NCBI GenBank assembly: GCA_963665095.1
Contig: OY762069.1
Span: 1,888,001-1,952,000 of the forward strand
From: an uncultured Desulfobacter sp.
GTDB lineage: Bacteria; Desulfobacterota; Desulfobacteria; Desulfobacterales; Desulfobacteraceae
Length of the DNA stretch: 64,000 nucleotides
Direction: 5' to 3'
In this document: positions 31,238 to 40,540 of the stretch, one piece after another
How positions within the stretch are numbered: position 1 is the first letter of the stretch
Layout of the letters: the number at the start of each line of letters is the position of its first letter
The notes under the pieces: model-generated
Database searches by the model: none
Told to the model about the DNA's origin: nothing
What the model saw: only the letters and a program-made list of their open reading frames with translations
Made by a program: the position numbers and the translations under genes

Positions 31238-31314
31238 CCTCATTAGAAACAACACAGCCTGCGGGCCGCCTGTAATTTTTTCGTACCCGATTTAATACCG
31301 AAACGCCTTCTTTT

Positions 31315-31974
31315 TTACCCGGAATCAGCGGTACGTTGCCGGTCAACCAATGCCAGGGCCATGGAGGATACAATATCCCCAATCCGCTTCATATGGCGGA
31401 TGCGATCTTTCTCAGTTCTTCCCGGATAATTTCTAAAGGAAATAAGAATCCCGGACAGGCAGGAAAACAGGGTATGGCTCATCAGCCTTGAATTATCGCG
31501 ACAGCCCAGGGATTTGAACACCTGGTCAAATAAATCCAGCAACTGCCTGCCGATGTCATTTAACTGTTCAACCGCACCCATTTCCCTGCTTCCGTGCAGG
31601 GCGAGATGGGTGATCATCTGCCACTGAGCCCTTTGGACAATATAGTAATCAAGAAAACAGTCCACACAAAGATCCAGGGCATCTTCAGGCTGATTCGAAA
31701 TCTGCATTTCAAGTTCATTGATAAATATGCAGGCATCTGTATACGCCACAGTGGCATACAACTCCTCCTGGGACTTGAAATAAGTATAAATAGAGGATTT
31801 TCCAATACCTGCAGTTCTTGCAATTTCAGCCATACTGGCTTTGTCAAAGGTTTTCTGTCCGAACACCTCTCTAGCGGCATCAATAATTAGCTGCCGGCGC
31901 ATTTCCCGCTCATTAATTTTTAACTTTTGAAGCGTGCTATTTCTTTTCATTTTTTTCTGACCAAAGCCAGCCAT
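31315..31974 (-). CDS. TetR/AcrR family transcriptional regulator
   Basis: HTH (IIDAAREVF...SMAEIARTAGIGKSSIYTYF); divergent from the dehydratase operon. Confidence 0.9.
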   Translation of the reverse strand: MAGFGQKKMKRNSTLQKLKINEREMRRQLIIDAAREVFGQKTFDKASMAEIARTAGIGKSSIYTYFKSQEELYATVAYTDACIFINELEMQISNQPEDALDLCVDCFLDYYIVQRAQWQMITHLALHGSREMGAVEQLNDIGRQLLDLFDQVFKSLGCRDNSRLMSHTLFSCLSGILISFRNYPGRTEKDRIRHMKRIGDIVSSMALALVDRQRTADSG

Positions 31975-32032
31975 CCTTTAAAAAACTGTAAAAGTGTATA
32001 TATCATGCGATGGTCAAAGGAGCAACCTTGAG

Positions 32033-32061
32033 TTGACAGCTCGACCGCCGTTCGGTATAAC
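32033..32061 (+). promoter_or_regulatory. Near-consensus sigma70 promoter with a candidate TetR operator in the spacer
   Basis: TTGACA-17 bp-TATAAC. The spacer contains the imperfect palindrome CGACCGCCGTTCG, and TTGAGT/ACTCAA flank the promoter. Confidence 0.65.
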
Positions 32062-32245
32062 GACTCAAAGGCATTGAAGCATGACTTATGCCCTGTCCAT
32101 TTACTAAAACAGGCTGAAAAAACAAGCAGTGAGAAAATATTTGAGCTAAAAATATGAAAAGCCCGGGAACTGCCACTCCGGTCCTTTTGGCATAAGCGAC
32201 TAACACCCTGCACAGGACCCAAGCATGAAAGGACAAAAGACATCC

Positions 32246-33361
32246 ATGATTAAAGAGTTAATTCCGTTCCATTCGGCAGTAAGTGATCCTGCTGGCGCAG
32301 CCCGGACAGCCCGGAAAAACAAGCGTCCGGTCATCGGCTATCTGTGTTCCTATGCACCTGAAGAACTGATTTATGCGGCCGGGGCTCACCCCATGCGTCT
32401 TTTTCCGCCCCGGACACAGGTGAACCTGGCCCAGAATCATCTGCAGGCCTATTGCTGTTCCTTGGCCCGGGGCATTCTTGAAGACGCACTCCTGGGCAGC
32501 CTTGATTATCTTGACGGGACAGTGTTTCCCCACACCTGCGACACAATTCAGCGTCTCTCCGATATCTGGCGTTTGAATATCTCAAAACCCTTTTTTGCAG
32601 ATATCACCATGCCAGTAAATCTGACCACCTCATCTGCCCTGGAGTACATGGAAGATGTATTTAACACCTTTACATCTGAGCTTGGCGCATTTACAGGCTG
32701 CAAAGTGACACCAGACACCCTTGGGGAATCCATTGACCTTTTCAACAGGATTCATGCCAGTCTTCACCGTATTTACCTGGCCGCATCCAGCCACCATGAC
32801 CTGATTAAAGGACAGGACCTTTTGACCGTCACAAAGGCAGCAATGATTATGGACCGAAACATTCTTGACACGAGCCTGTCTGACCTTGCAGTCGCACTGG
32901 AGTCAGCGCCGGTCAATAACAAACCGGTTAAACGGGTCATCATCTCCGGTTCTTTTTGCGACACCCCGGAACTATACACATTGATAGAAGAAGCGAAAGG
33001 AATGGTAGCCGGTGATGACCTTTGCTCAGGAATGCGCTGGTTCAACGGACAGATTCAAACAGACATGCCACCCATGAAAGCCCTTGCACAAAGATATACC
33101 CAAAGACTTATATGCCCGGCCAAACACAGCGGCATAACAGCCAGAGCAGACGCGTTAGTCGATCTTGCTGAATCCGCCAATGCCCAGGGGGTGATCTTTA
33201 CCATTCTAAAATTTTGTGACCCACACGCCTTTGACTATCCATATCTTAAATCTGCCCTGGACCAGGCGCAGATTCCCAGCCTGCTCCTTGAACTGGACAC
33301 AGAAAAAGCAAGCCTTGGTCAGCTTAGCACCCGCATTGAAACATTTATTCAAATGATTTAA
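32246..33361 (+). CDS. 2-hydroxyacyl-CoA dehydratase / benzoyl-CoA reductase family subunit
   Basis: CSYAPEELI.AAG, HTCD, DDLCSG.R, KFCDPH.FD and TRIETF motifs. Start behind RBS AAGGA. Confidence 0.88.
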   Translation: MIKELIPFHSAVSDPAGAARTARKNKRPVIGYLCSYAPEELIYAAGAHPMRLFPPRTQVNLAQNHLQAYCCSLARGILEDALLGSLDYLDGTVFPHTCDTIQRLSDIWRLNISKPFFADITMPVNLTTSSALEYMEDVFNTFTSELGAFTGCKVTPDTLGESIDLFNRIHASLHRIYLAASSHHDLIKGQDLLTVTKAAMIMDRNILDTSLSDLAVALESAPVNNKPVKRVIISGSFCDTPELYTLIEEAKGMVAGDDLCSGMRWFNGQIQTDMPPMKALAQRYTQRLICPAKHSGITARADALVDLAESANAQGVIFTILKFCDPHAFDYPYLKSALDQAQIPSLLLELDTEKASLGQLSTRIETFIQMI

Positions 33362-33413
33362 CGGTCTTAATTTTATTATATGATCGTTTAATTTTATGAT
33401 CAGGAGAGCATCA

Positions 33414-34637
33414 ATGACACAACCCAAACCGCCTAAAATTGAATCAGCAAAAAAAATGCGGCAGATCATGACCGACTATTACATGGGAGCACTCACGGCC
33501 CGGGAAAATAATAAAAAAGTGGCATGGATCACCTCAGGCGGCCCGGTGGAGCCGTTAATTGCCATGGATATCATTCCGGTATACCCGGAAAACCACGGGG
33601 CCATGATCGGCGCTGCAAAAATGGGAGAAGCGCTTTGCATCAAGGCTGAAGAGTTAGGTTACAGTGCGGATCTGTGTTCCTACGCCAGATCCGACATCGG
33701 CTGCGCCATTGCCGGCGGCGGTCCCATTGGCGGGCTTCCCAAACCAGATATGCTGGTCTGCTGTAACAATATCTGCGGCACAGTGGTCAAGTGGTATGAA
33801 ATACAGGCAAGACACTTCAATGTGCCGCTGTTTATCCTGGACACGCCCATCTGTCACACCGGATATACGCCGGCCATTGCCGCTTATGTGAAAAAACAGA
33901 TCGCTGAATATGTTACATTCTTAGAAAATGCCACCGGGAAAACATTTGACCGTGACCGGATGAAACAGGTGGGAATTTTATCCATGGAGGGTCAGAAGCT
34001 GTGGCAGAAGGTATTAAATACCGCCGCCAGCAAACCCGCACCCATGAGTGCCTTTGATGCATTCTTCTTTCTGGCACTCATTGTTACCCTGCGCGGCACC
34101 CAGACAGCCGTAGATTTTTACAGGGAGCTGGTAGTGGAGATGGAAAACCGGGTGACCCAGGGCATCGGCATAGTTCCAGGAGAACGGTACCGTCTTTTGT
34201 GGGATAATCTGCCAGTGTGGTATCACTTAAAATGGCTCTCCACCACATTCTCAGACCATAAAGCCTGTCTTGTGGCCGACACCTACACCTCGGCCTGGTG
34301 TTCAGCGCTTCAATATGTGGATCCGGATAATTTTCTGAATTCCATGGCTGAAGCCTACACCCGGATCTACCTGAATATCGGCATTGACGCCATGGCGGAC
34401 CAGGTACTTGAGATGATCTCATTTTACGATGTTGACGGATTTGTCATGCACTCTAACAGGTCCTGCAAGCCTTACTCCTTTGGACAGATGGACATCATGA
34501 GACAGGTCAGGGAGAAAACCGGACTGCCCGTACTGATGATTGAAGCAGACATGGTAGACCCCAGAAGCTTTTCTGAATCCCAGATCAGAACAAGAATCGA
34601 CGCATTTATGGAAATAATTCAACAGCGGGTATCCTAA
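33414..34637 (+). CDS. 2-hydroxyacyl-CoA dehydratase / benzoyl-CoA reductase family subunit
   Basis: YPENH, DLCSY, NNICG, SCK and DMVDPR...TRIDAF motifs; RBS AGGAG. Confidence 0.88.
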   Translation: MTQPKPPKIESAKKMRQIMTDYYMGALTARENNKKVAWITSGGPVEPLIAMDIIPVYPENHGAMIGAAKMGEALCIKAEELGYSADLCSYARSDIGCAIAGGGPIGGLPKPDMLVCCNNICGTVVKWYEIQARHFNVPLFILDTPICHTGYTPAIAAYVKKQIAEYVTFLENATGKTFDRDRMKQVGILSMEGQKLWQKVLNTAASKPAPMSAFDAFFFLALIVTLRGTQTAVDFYRELVVEMENRVTQGIGIVPGERYRLLWDNLPVWYHLKWLSTTFSDHKACLVADTYTSAWCSALQYVDPDNFLNSMAEAYTRIYLNIGIDAMADQVLEMISFYDVDGFVMHSNRSCKPYSFGQMDIMRQVREKTGLPVLMIEADMVDPRSFSESQIRTRIDAFMEIIQQRVS

Positions 34638-34726
34638 GCTTTGGATTTCGCCAGACAGCTGGTTAAAATTTGATAACGGCCAAAAGGCATGCCCCCCTAA
34701 ATGCATAACAATGAAAGGACCCATCC

Positions 34727-35515
34727 ATGATTTTTGCCGGTATTGACATTGGTTCACTGACTGCCAAGGCCGCCCTGATCGAAAAAAATGAACAAACCGG
34801 AAAACTGATTCTGGCAGGAACAGCTGTCATGCGCGCCGGATACGACCCTTCCCGGGCCGGACAAAAAGTTCTGGCGGCGGCGTTGGATCAGGCAGGTAAA
34901 ACCCGTTCGCAGGTAAAGGAAATTGTGGCCACAGGCTACGGCAGGAATGCGGTTGAAGGCGCTGGAAAAACCAAGACTGAAATTATCTGCCATGGGGCCG
35001 GGGCCCATTTTTTTAACCCGGAAATCAGAGGCGTTATTGATGTAGGCGGACAGGACTGCAAAGCCATCCGGCTAAATGACCGGGGCCATGTGGACGATTT
35101 TGCCATGAATGATAAATGTGCCGCCGGTACGGGCCGTTTTTTTGAAGTCATGGCAAACACCTTGGAACTGGATATTGACCAGCTCGGACCATTGGGGCTT
35201 ACAGCGGACCATCCTGCCAAAATATCTTCCATCTGTACAGTATTTGCCGAATCTGAAGTTATCTCCCTGATCGCCGCAAGGCAACCCCGGGCCAGCATTG
35301 TTGCCGGGATTTTAGAGGCTGCGGCGGTACGGGTTGCAGGTCTTGCCTCCCGGGCCAACCTGAAACCGCCGGTAGTGATGACGGGGGGGGCGGCAAAAAA
35401 TACCGGCCTGGTAAAAGCCCTTGAGACACGCCTTGGATACCACATCCTGGTTGACAAATTTCCCCAGGAAAACGGTGCTGTGGGCGCAGCCGTACTTGCA
35501 GCCAACAGTAATTAA
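34727..35515 (+). CDS. ATP-dependent CoA-substrate activase (ASKHA, HgdC-like)
   Basis: GIDIGS, ATGYGR, DVGGQD, MNDKCAAGTG and CTVFAESE motifs. Confidence 0.93.
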   Translation: MIFAGIDIGSLTAKAALIEKNEQTGKLILAGTAVMRAGYDPSRAGQKVLAAALDQAGKTRSQVKEIVATGYGRNAVEGAGKTKTEIICHGAGAHFFNPEIRGVIDVGGQDCKAIRLNDRGHVDDFAMNDKCAAGTGRFFEVMANTLELDIDQLGPLGLTADHPAKISSICTVFAESEVISLIAARQPRASIVAGILEAAAVRVAGLASRANLKPPVVMTGGAAKNTGLVKALETRLGYHILVDKFPQENGAVGAAVLAANSN

Positions 35516-35600
35516 AATCCTGTGCAATTTGACAAAACATCCCACTTGTGTATTGAATTTACAAATATAGATGTAAAAAACGTTTACACAACCTTAAGGG

Positions 35601-38015
35601 GTGCAAAGCCAAATGACTGACAAACTAAATTTGCCTTCCAAATCAGATATCAAAACCGTTCTATCCCAGGACCTGGACACCCTGCCAAGCTTCCCCCAGG
35701 TAGCAGCAAAGCTTTTAGAGGTGTCCAGGAATGACACGGCCAGCCTTGAAGAGATTGCAAAAATCGTGGAAACAGACCCCGGCATCTCTGTAAAGGTTCT
35801 GGAACTTGTCAACTCCGCATATTACGGTTTGAGCCGGAAGGTTACCACCCTGTCAGATGCGGTTGTTATGCTGGGGCTGGATGAAATAAAAAAAATGGCC
35901 ATGAATATGGCGGTTTTTGAAAATCTTTTCAAAGAGGGACAAACCAATGAATTCAACCGGCTGATATTCTGGCGGCACAGCCTGGCCGTGGCAGTGTTAA
36001 GTATGAAAATTGCCCAGAGAATTGAATATCCAAGCCCGGAAGAGGCTTACACAGCAGGATTGCTTCATGATGTGGGTAAAGTATTTCTGGACCTGTTGGG
36101 TCGCAAAGATTATGGGGAGTTCATCCGCCATCTTAGTGAGTCCACAGATCTGGTTATTGAAAAAGAACGATTGGAATTAGGATTGGGCCATGACGATATC
36201 GGCGCATTTTTCTGCACCCAGTGGCAACTGCCGGACAGCCTGGTGCTGGCCGTCAAATATCACCACCAGCCCTTTGAACATCAGGATCTGACCAACCAGG
36301 AAAAACAGCTTATCTCCATTGTTTCCATGGCGGATTTCCTGTGCTGGACCCAGGGTATGGGGTCCTTTGATTTTATCCGGCCGCCCATCCTCTCTCCGGA
36401 GGTTGAAGTATGTATTGATCCTGAAAAAATAGATATCATCAACTGCATTTTAGATACAAACAAGGAAATAGAGCAAATTTCCGCCTTTTACCATTTTGTG
36501 TTTCCCAGCGTCACCCAGCTTAAGGAAAACCTTTTGTGGGCCAATATCAAACTGTCCCGGGCCAATACAAAGTATTATTTCCAGGGGGATCCCACAAGCC
36601 GCCACACGTCTGAAGTTACGGAACCGGATAATATTCTGCCGCCGGACGTGGGATTTGAGATGGGGAAATCCCTGTCCAAGGCCAAAACCGTCAAAGAGGT
36701 GCTGGACATTGTGATGTATCAGGTCGGGTGCATTTTTCAGCCCTGCCACTGGTCCATCCTGCTCAAAGATCCTAAAACAGGAGATATGGTCTTCTCCGTG
36801 GTGGTGGGCACAAACAGCAAGCGTCTGCAAGGGGTACGACTGCCAAAAGGAGAAGGCATCGCAGGTTTTGTCATGGAAACCGGTCAACCCATGGTGGTGG
36901 ACGACGTCACAACAGACAGCCGGTTCAGTGCCAGGGTGGATAAATATACCCGGTTCAATACCCGCTCTATTATTGCCACCCCGCTTAAAACAGACGACAA
37001 AATTTTCGGTGTCATTGAACTGGTCAACCGGGTTAACGAAGAATCATTCAGTGAAAAGGACCTGACCCTGCTCTCCTCAATATCCGAGTATGCCGCCATT
37101 GCCATTGAACGGTCTTATTATAATCAGGCCTTAACCAACCTGGCCACCCGGGACAACCTCACCGGATTGAGAAACCGGTTCAGTTTTGAACGCAGTGTCT
37201 CCAACCCGGATGAGTTTCAGATGCGTTTCGGCCGGGTTTTTTCCATCCTCATTCTCATAGTGGAGGGGCTTTCCAGGCAGTATGAGGCATTTGGTCAGGA
37301 AGCGTGCGATAACGCAGTCAAACATCTTTCTGCCATATTAAATAAAACCAAACGGCGGGAGGATATTATATTCAGATATGGGGATAACAGCTTTATTGCA
37401 CTTTTACCGCTGACCTATTCAGACGGGGCGGTAAAAGCCAGGGAAAGAATTGAGAAAGCACTGACCCAGACTCCGGATGAGCACAAAGATATTTTTTCAC
37501 CCATTACCATTCAGACCCATACCATGGCGGCCGAAGATGCAAGCCAGCTGAAAAGACTGGTTGCAAAAGCTCTGTCTAAAACCAGGACGTCTGATCACGA
37601 TATGGAAATCGGCGATATGCAGGAGCATATCCAGGGTATGGTAGAAAAACAGACTGAAGAAAGATACAAGTCAGAGCTTCAGGGGGGATCCCAGGGAAAA
37701 GCCGGTGCAGATGCCACCAACAATTTTGGAAAGCCTGTTTCTTTGCAGGGAAAATTTAAACGCCTTAAAACCGGCGAATTCGGCCGGCTCCGTGTGGAGC
37801 AGGTATCCCTGTCAGCCGTGGGGTTCAGAATATCAAAATCCCATCGCATCCATGTCAATGACTTCCTGGATATTGAATTCAATCTGGATGACATTAAACG
37901 GGCTTTGGTCAAACGACGGGTCGTTGTCAGGGAAATTCAGGGCAATTACATTTACGGCGAGTTTTACAATCCACCGCCCTATGCCAAAAACTTAGGATTT
38001 TATATCTTCAGCTGA
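35601..38015 (+). CDS. HDOD-GAF-degenerate GGDEF-PilZ-like signalling protein
   Basis: HDOD (LPSFP, VNSAYYG, FWRHS, GLLHDVGK, HH); GAF (GIAG, D.RF, PL, GVIELVN); DNLTGL with GDNSF in place of GGDEF; C-terminal PilZ-like segment. Confidence 0.82.
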   Translation: MQSQMTDKLNLPSKSDIKTVLSQDLDTLPSFPQVAAKLLEVSRNDTASLEEIAKIVETDPGISVKVLELVNSAYYGLSRKVTTLSDAVVMLGLDEIKKMAMNMAVFENLFKEGQTNEFNRLIFWRHSLAVAVLSMKIAQRIEYPSPEEAYTAGLLHDVGKVFLDLLGRKDYGEFIRHLSESTDLVIEKERLELGLGHDDIGAFFCTQWQLPDSLVLAVKYHHQPFEHQDLTNQEKQLISIVSMADFLCWTQGMGSFDFIRPPILSPEVEVCIDPEKIDIINCILDTNKEIEQISAFYHFVFPSVTQLKENLLWANIKLSRANTKYYFQGDPTSRHTSEVTEPDNILPPDVGFEMGKSLSKAKTVKEVLDIVMYQVGCIFQPCHWSILLKDPKTGDMVFSVVVGTNSKRLQGVRLPKGEGIAGFVMETGQPMVVDDVTTDSRFSARVDKYTRFNTRSIIATPLKTDDKIFGVIELVNRVNEESFSEKDLTLLSSISEYAAIAIERSYYNQALTNLATRDNLTGLRNRFSFERSVSNPDEFQMRFGRVFSILILIVEGLSRQYEAFGQEACDNAVKHLSAILNKTKRREDIIFRYGDNSFIALLPLTYSDGAVKARERIEKALTQTPDEHKDIFSPITIQTHTMAAEDASQLKRLVAKALSKTRTSDHDMEIGDMQEHIQGMVEKQTEERYKSELQGGSQGKAGADATNNFGKPVSLQGKFKRLKTGEFGRLRVEQVSLSAVGFRISKSHRIHVNDFLDIEFNLDDIKRALVKRRVVVREIQGNYIYGEFYNPPPYAKNLGFYIFS

Positions 38016-38086
38016 TCAATTTTGATTTGGGCTTTAAGCCTAGTGCGTCAACTGCAAACCAGTCTGAAAAAAACAAAGGAAACCCA

Positions 38087-38923
38087 ATGGCGTCTGAACA
38101 GGCAATGTTTAAAGGACCGGATGATACCGATATCTTCTACCAGTGCTGGCTGCCCGAAATACCGGCAAAGGCCGCTTTAATTATTGTACATGGTCTAGGA
38201 GAACATAGCGGCCGGTACATGAACCTTGTCAACCATTTTGAACCCTTGGGCTTTGCCATATATGGGCTGGATCATTACGGGCATGGCAAATCAGGGGGAC
38301 AACACCTTTTTATTCCTGATTTTGACATATATACCGATACCCTTGATCTATTTGTGCAGAAAGTGCGGGCGTGGGAAAAGGGGGTGCCGATTTTCCTTGT
38401 CGGTCACAGTATGGGCGGATTAATTACGGCTGTTTATTTGTTAGATCATTCCCAGGGCATTGCCGGGGCTGTTCTTTCAGGACCGGCAGTAAAAATTCCA
38501 GGCCATGTCAATACATTTACACGTGTGGCCGCCAGAATATTATCCAGGGTTGCACCGAGAACTGGCATTACAGCCCTTGAGGCCAGCCATATAAGCCGGG
38601 ACCCTGAAGTTGTAACCGCCTATCTTAATGATCCTTTGGTATCTGCTGACAAGGTAACGGCCCGATTAGGAAACGAGATGCTTGAGGCCATTGAACGGCT
38701 TACCCGCCTGAGAAAACAAATCAGCCTTCCTTTGCTGATTATGCACGGAAGTTCCGATCTCCTTGCTGACATTGGCGGCAGCAGAGAACTCTTCAACGAG
38801 ATTTCATCAGAAGATAAAACATTAATTGAGTGCCCTGACAGATATCATGAAATATTCAATGATCCTGGATATGAAGAGGTATTTTGCGATATGGCAGCGT
38901 GGCTAACGAAGCGAATTGATTAA
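38087..38923 (+). CDS. Alpha/beta hydrolase (lysophospholipase/monoglyceride lipase-like)
   Basis: HGLGEHSGRY, GHG.SGG, GHSMGG nucleophile and YHEIFN motifs. Confidence 0.9.
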   Translation: MASEQAMFKGPDDTDIFYQCWLPEIPAKAALIIVHGLGEHSGRYMNLVNHFEPLGFAIYGLDHYGHGKSGGQHLFIPDFDIYTDTLDLFVQKVRAWEKGVPIFLVGHSMGGLITAVYLLDHSQGIAGAVLSGPAVKIPGHVNTFTRVAARILSRVAPRTGITALEASHISRDPEVVTAYLNDPLVSADKVTARLGNEMLEAIERLTRLRKQISLPLLIMHGSSDLLADIGGSRELFNEISSEDKTLIECPDRYHEIFNDPGYEEVFCDMAAWLTKRID

Positions 38924-38971
38924 AACTCTCTTTCTACCTGAAAAAATAACACCGCCACATATCCCGACTTA

Positions 38972-39011
38972 GGGTTCACTCAAAATTGGTAATTTATTTT
39001 TGAGTGAACCC
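38972..39011. mobile_element. 40-bp micro-MITE / IS-end remnant, possibly also a bidirectional terminator
   Basis: Perfect 14-bp TIRs GGGTTCACTCAAAA / TTTTGAGTGAACCC flanked by TTA direct repeats (38969-38971 and 39012-39014). Confidence 0.55.
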
Positions 39012-39053
39012 TTAGACATTGCAAAAAGATCTTTTGAAAACCACTGATTCTGA

Positions 39054-39782
39054 TCAGTTTCTCAAATCAATACCATCCAGACCATTTTTTCTTTGTTTCC
39101 AGTCAGGCAGATGGGTGCCTACAATTTTATAAAACCGCTGATTGTGGCCCGGTTCCAGCAGATGAGCCAGCTCATGGACCAGTACATACTCCAGCAATCC
39201 CACGGGAAGGTGAACAAGTACTGTATTAATCCATATCCGTTTGGCAGAAATATTACATGAGCCCCATCTTGTTTTCATCTTTTTTACTCTGAACTCAGAC
39301 ACCGCCACCCCCATGGCAGGCACCCATTTCTCCATGAGTGCGGCAATGCAAGTCCTTAAGCGGCTGCGCAACCATTGCTCCAGGACGCCCTGCTTCTTGC
39401 TGGGACCAAAGGTTTCCGGCGTCTTGACAATGATACCGGATTCAGCATCCAGATACACCTTTGGCCGCCCTGCCCCGGTCTGGTAGGCAACAGGTTGGAC
39501 CTGCCCCCATACAGTGCACGAGACATCGTCCCAAATGGCTGACAATGGCCGAAAATTGATGGGCGTTTTTTCAGGTTCAGCCATTTTTTTAAGCAACCAC
39601 TTGGATTTGGCGTGAACCGCACGCTGAAGGTCAACCAGAGGGATACGAGAGGGCGCAGAAATGCGTACAGTTCTATTTTCAGGATATACTCTGAAATAGA
39701 TGTGGCGGATGGGTCTGTAAACAATATCAAGGTGCCAGTTTGGAGGAAACCCTGGCACAAAGGTTGTGATATCCGGCATCAC
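39054..39782 (-). CDS. YgjP/DUF45 (M48-like) metal-dependent hydrolase
   Basis: MKTRWGSC and YVLVHELAHL...H...F motifs. Confidence 0.88.
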   Translation of the reverse strand: MMPDITTFVPGFPPNWHLDIVYRPIRHIYFRVYPENRTVRISAPSRIPLVDLQRAVHAKSKWLLKKMAEPEKTPINFRPLSAIWDDVSCTVWGQVQPVAYQTGAGRPKVYLDAESGIIVKTPETFGPSKKQGVLEQWLRSRLRTCIAALMEKWVPAMGVAVSEFRVKKMKTRWGSCNISAKRIWINTVLVHLPVGLLEYVLVHELAHLLEPGHNQRFYKIVGTHLPDWKQRKNGLDGIDLRN

Positions 39783-40540
39783 TCGGCTGTTTTATGCATG
39801 GTATCAATCAGTTCGGAAATCAGTTTTCCTGAAGACGTCCGTGCCATGGGATTGACTTTTACCAGCTGCTGCCAGGCTTCAATGGCTTCGGGCACATTAT
39901 TGAGATCATGCATGAGTACAATCCCCTTGTTAAACCAGGCAGTCTCAAAATCCGGTTTGATGGCCACGGCTTTGTCAAATGCCTCCAGAGCTTTTTGGGG
40001 TTCATTGTTTCTTCTGAGCATCACCCCGAGGTCCGTGAGCACGTGTGGATTGTCCGGTTCAATGGCCAGTGATTTTTCATATGCGTGAATGGCCTGATCA
40101 AACCGGCTGATATCAAAGTAGGCATTTCCCAGACGGGTCCAGGCTTCGGCGTTATCAGGGTTTTCCTCTAAAAAATCCTGGATCTCTTTGATATGGGCAT
40201 CAGCCATGGCGTCAAAGGGGACACTGGCATTCTCTCCAGGACCTTCCTGAGGAACTGGCATCTCTTTGGGCATATCCGCCCCCGCATCCTTCATTGGCCG
40301 CATGCCCATATGGCCCTTTTCTGCAGGTCCGGCACCTGCCAGTTTAAATGAAGTGTATGCACATCCCAGCAGAAACCCCAACGTGATGGCAATCAAAATG
40401 GTAATATAGAAGGTTTGCCGGGTAATCATTTTTTCATTTTGTGTGATTTTCTGATTCATTTTTCCCTGTGACTGATGTTTAGCAGCTGTCATATTCTTAT
40501 TTAAAGTTTGATTTAAACCCATCCTGCTGGCCGTACTCAC
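39779..40540 (-). CDS. Membrane-anchored TPR protein
   Basis: One TM segment, a Pro/Met-rich linker and three TPRs. The start is uncertain (possibly 40459). Confidence 0.8.
   Translation of the reverse strand: MSTASRMGLNQTLNKNMTAAKHQSQGKMNQKITQNEKMITRQTFYITILIAITLGFLLGCAYTSFKLAGAGPAEKGHMGMRPMKDAGADMPKEMPVPQEGPGENASVPFDAMADAHIKEIQDFLEENPDNAEAWTRLGNAYFDISRFDQAIHAYEKSLAIEPDNPHVLTDLGVMLRRNNEPQKALEAFDKAVAIKPDFETAWFNKGIVLMHDLNNVPEAIEAWQQLVKVNPMARTSSGKLISELIDTMHKTAE

Noticed and set aside
32187..32205. TTGGCATAAGCGACT as a sigma54 promoter
   Set aside because: It has the -24 GG but no GC at -12, and a good sigma70 promoter lies upstream.
32246..35515. Plasmalogen synthase (PlsAR), suggested by the YhhN and lysophospholipase genes in the window
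   Set aside because: PlsA has tandem activase domains fused to further domains. Here there is a stand-alone activase plus two separate subunits, and the lipid genes are not linked to them.
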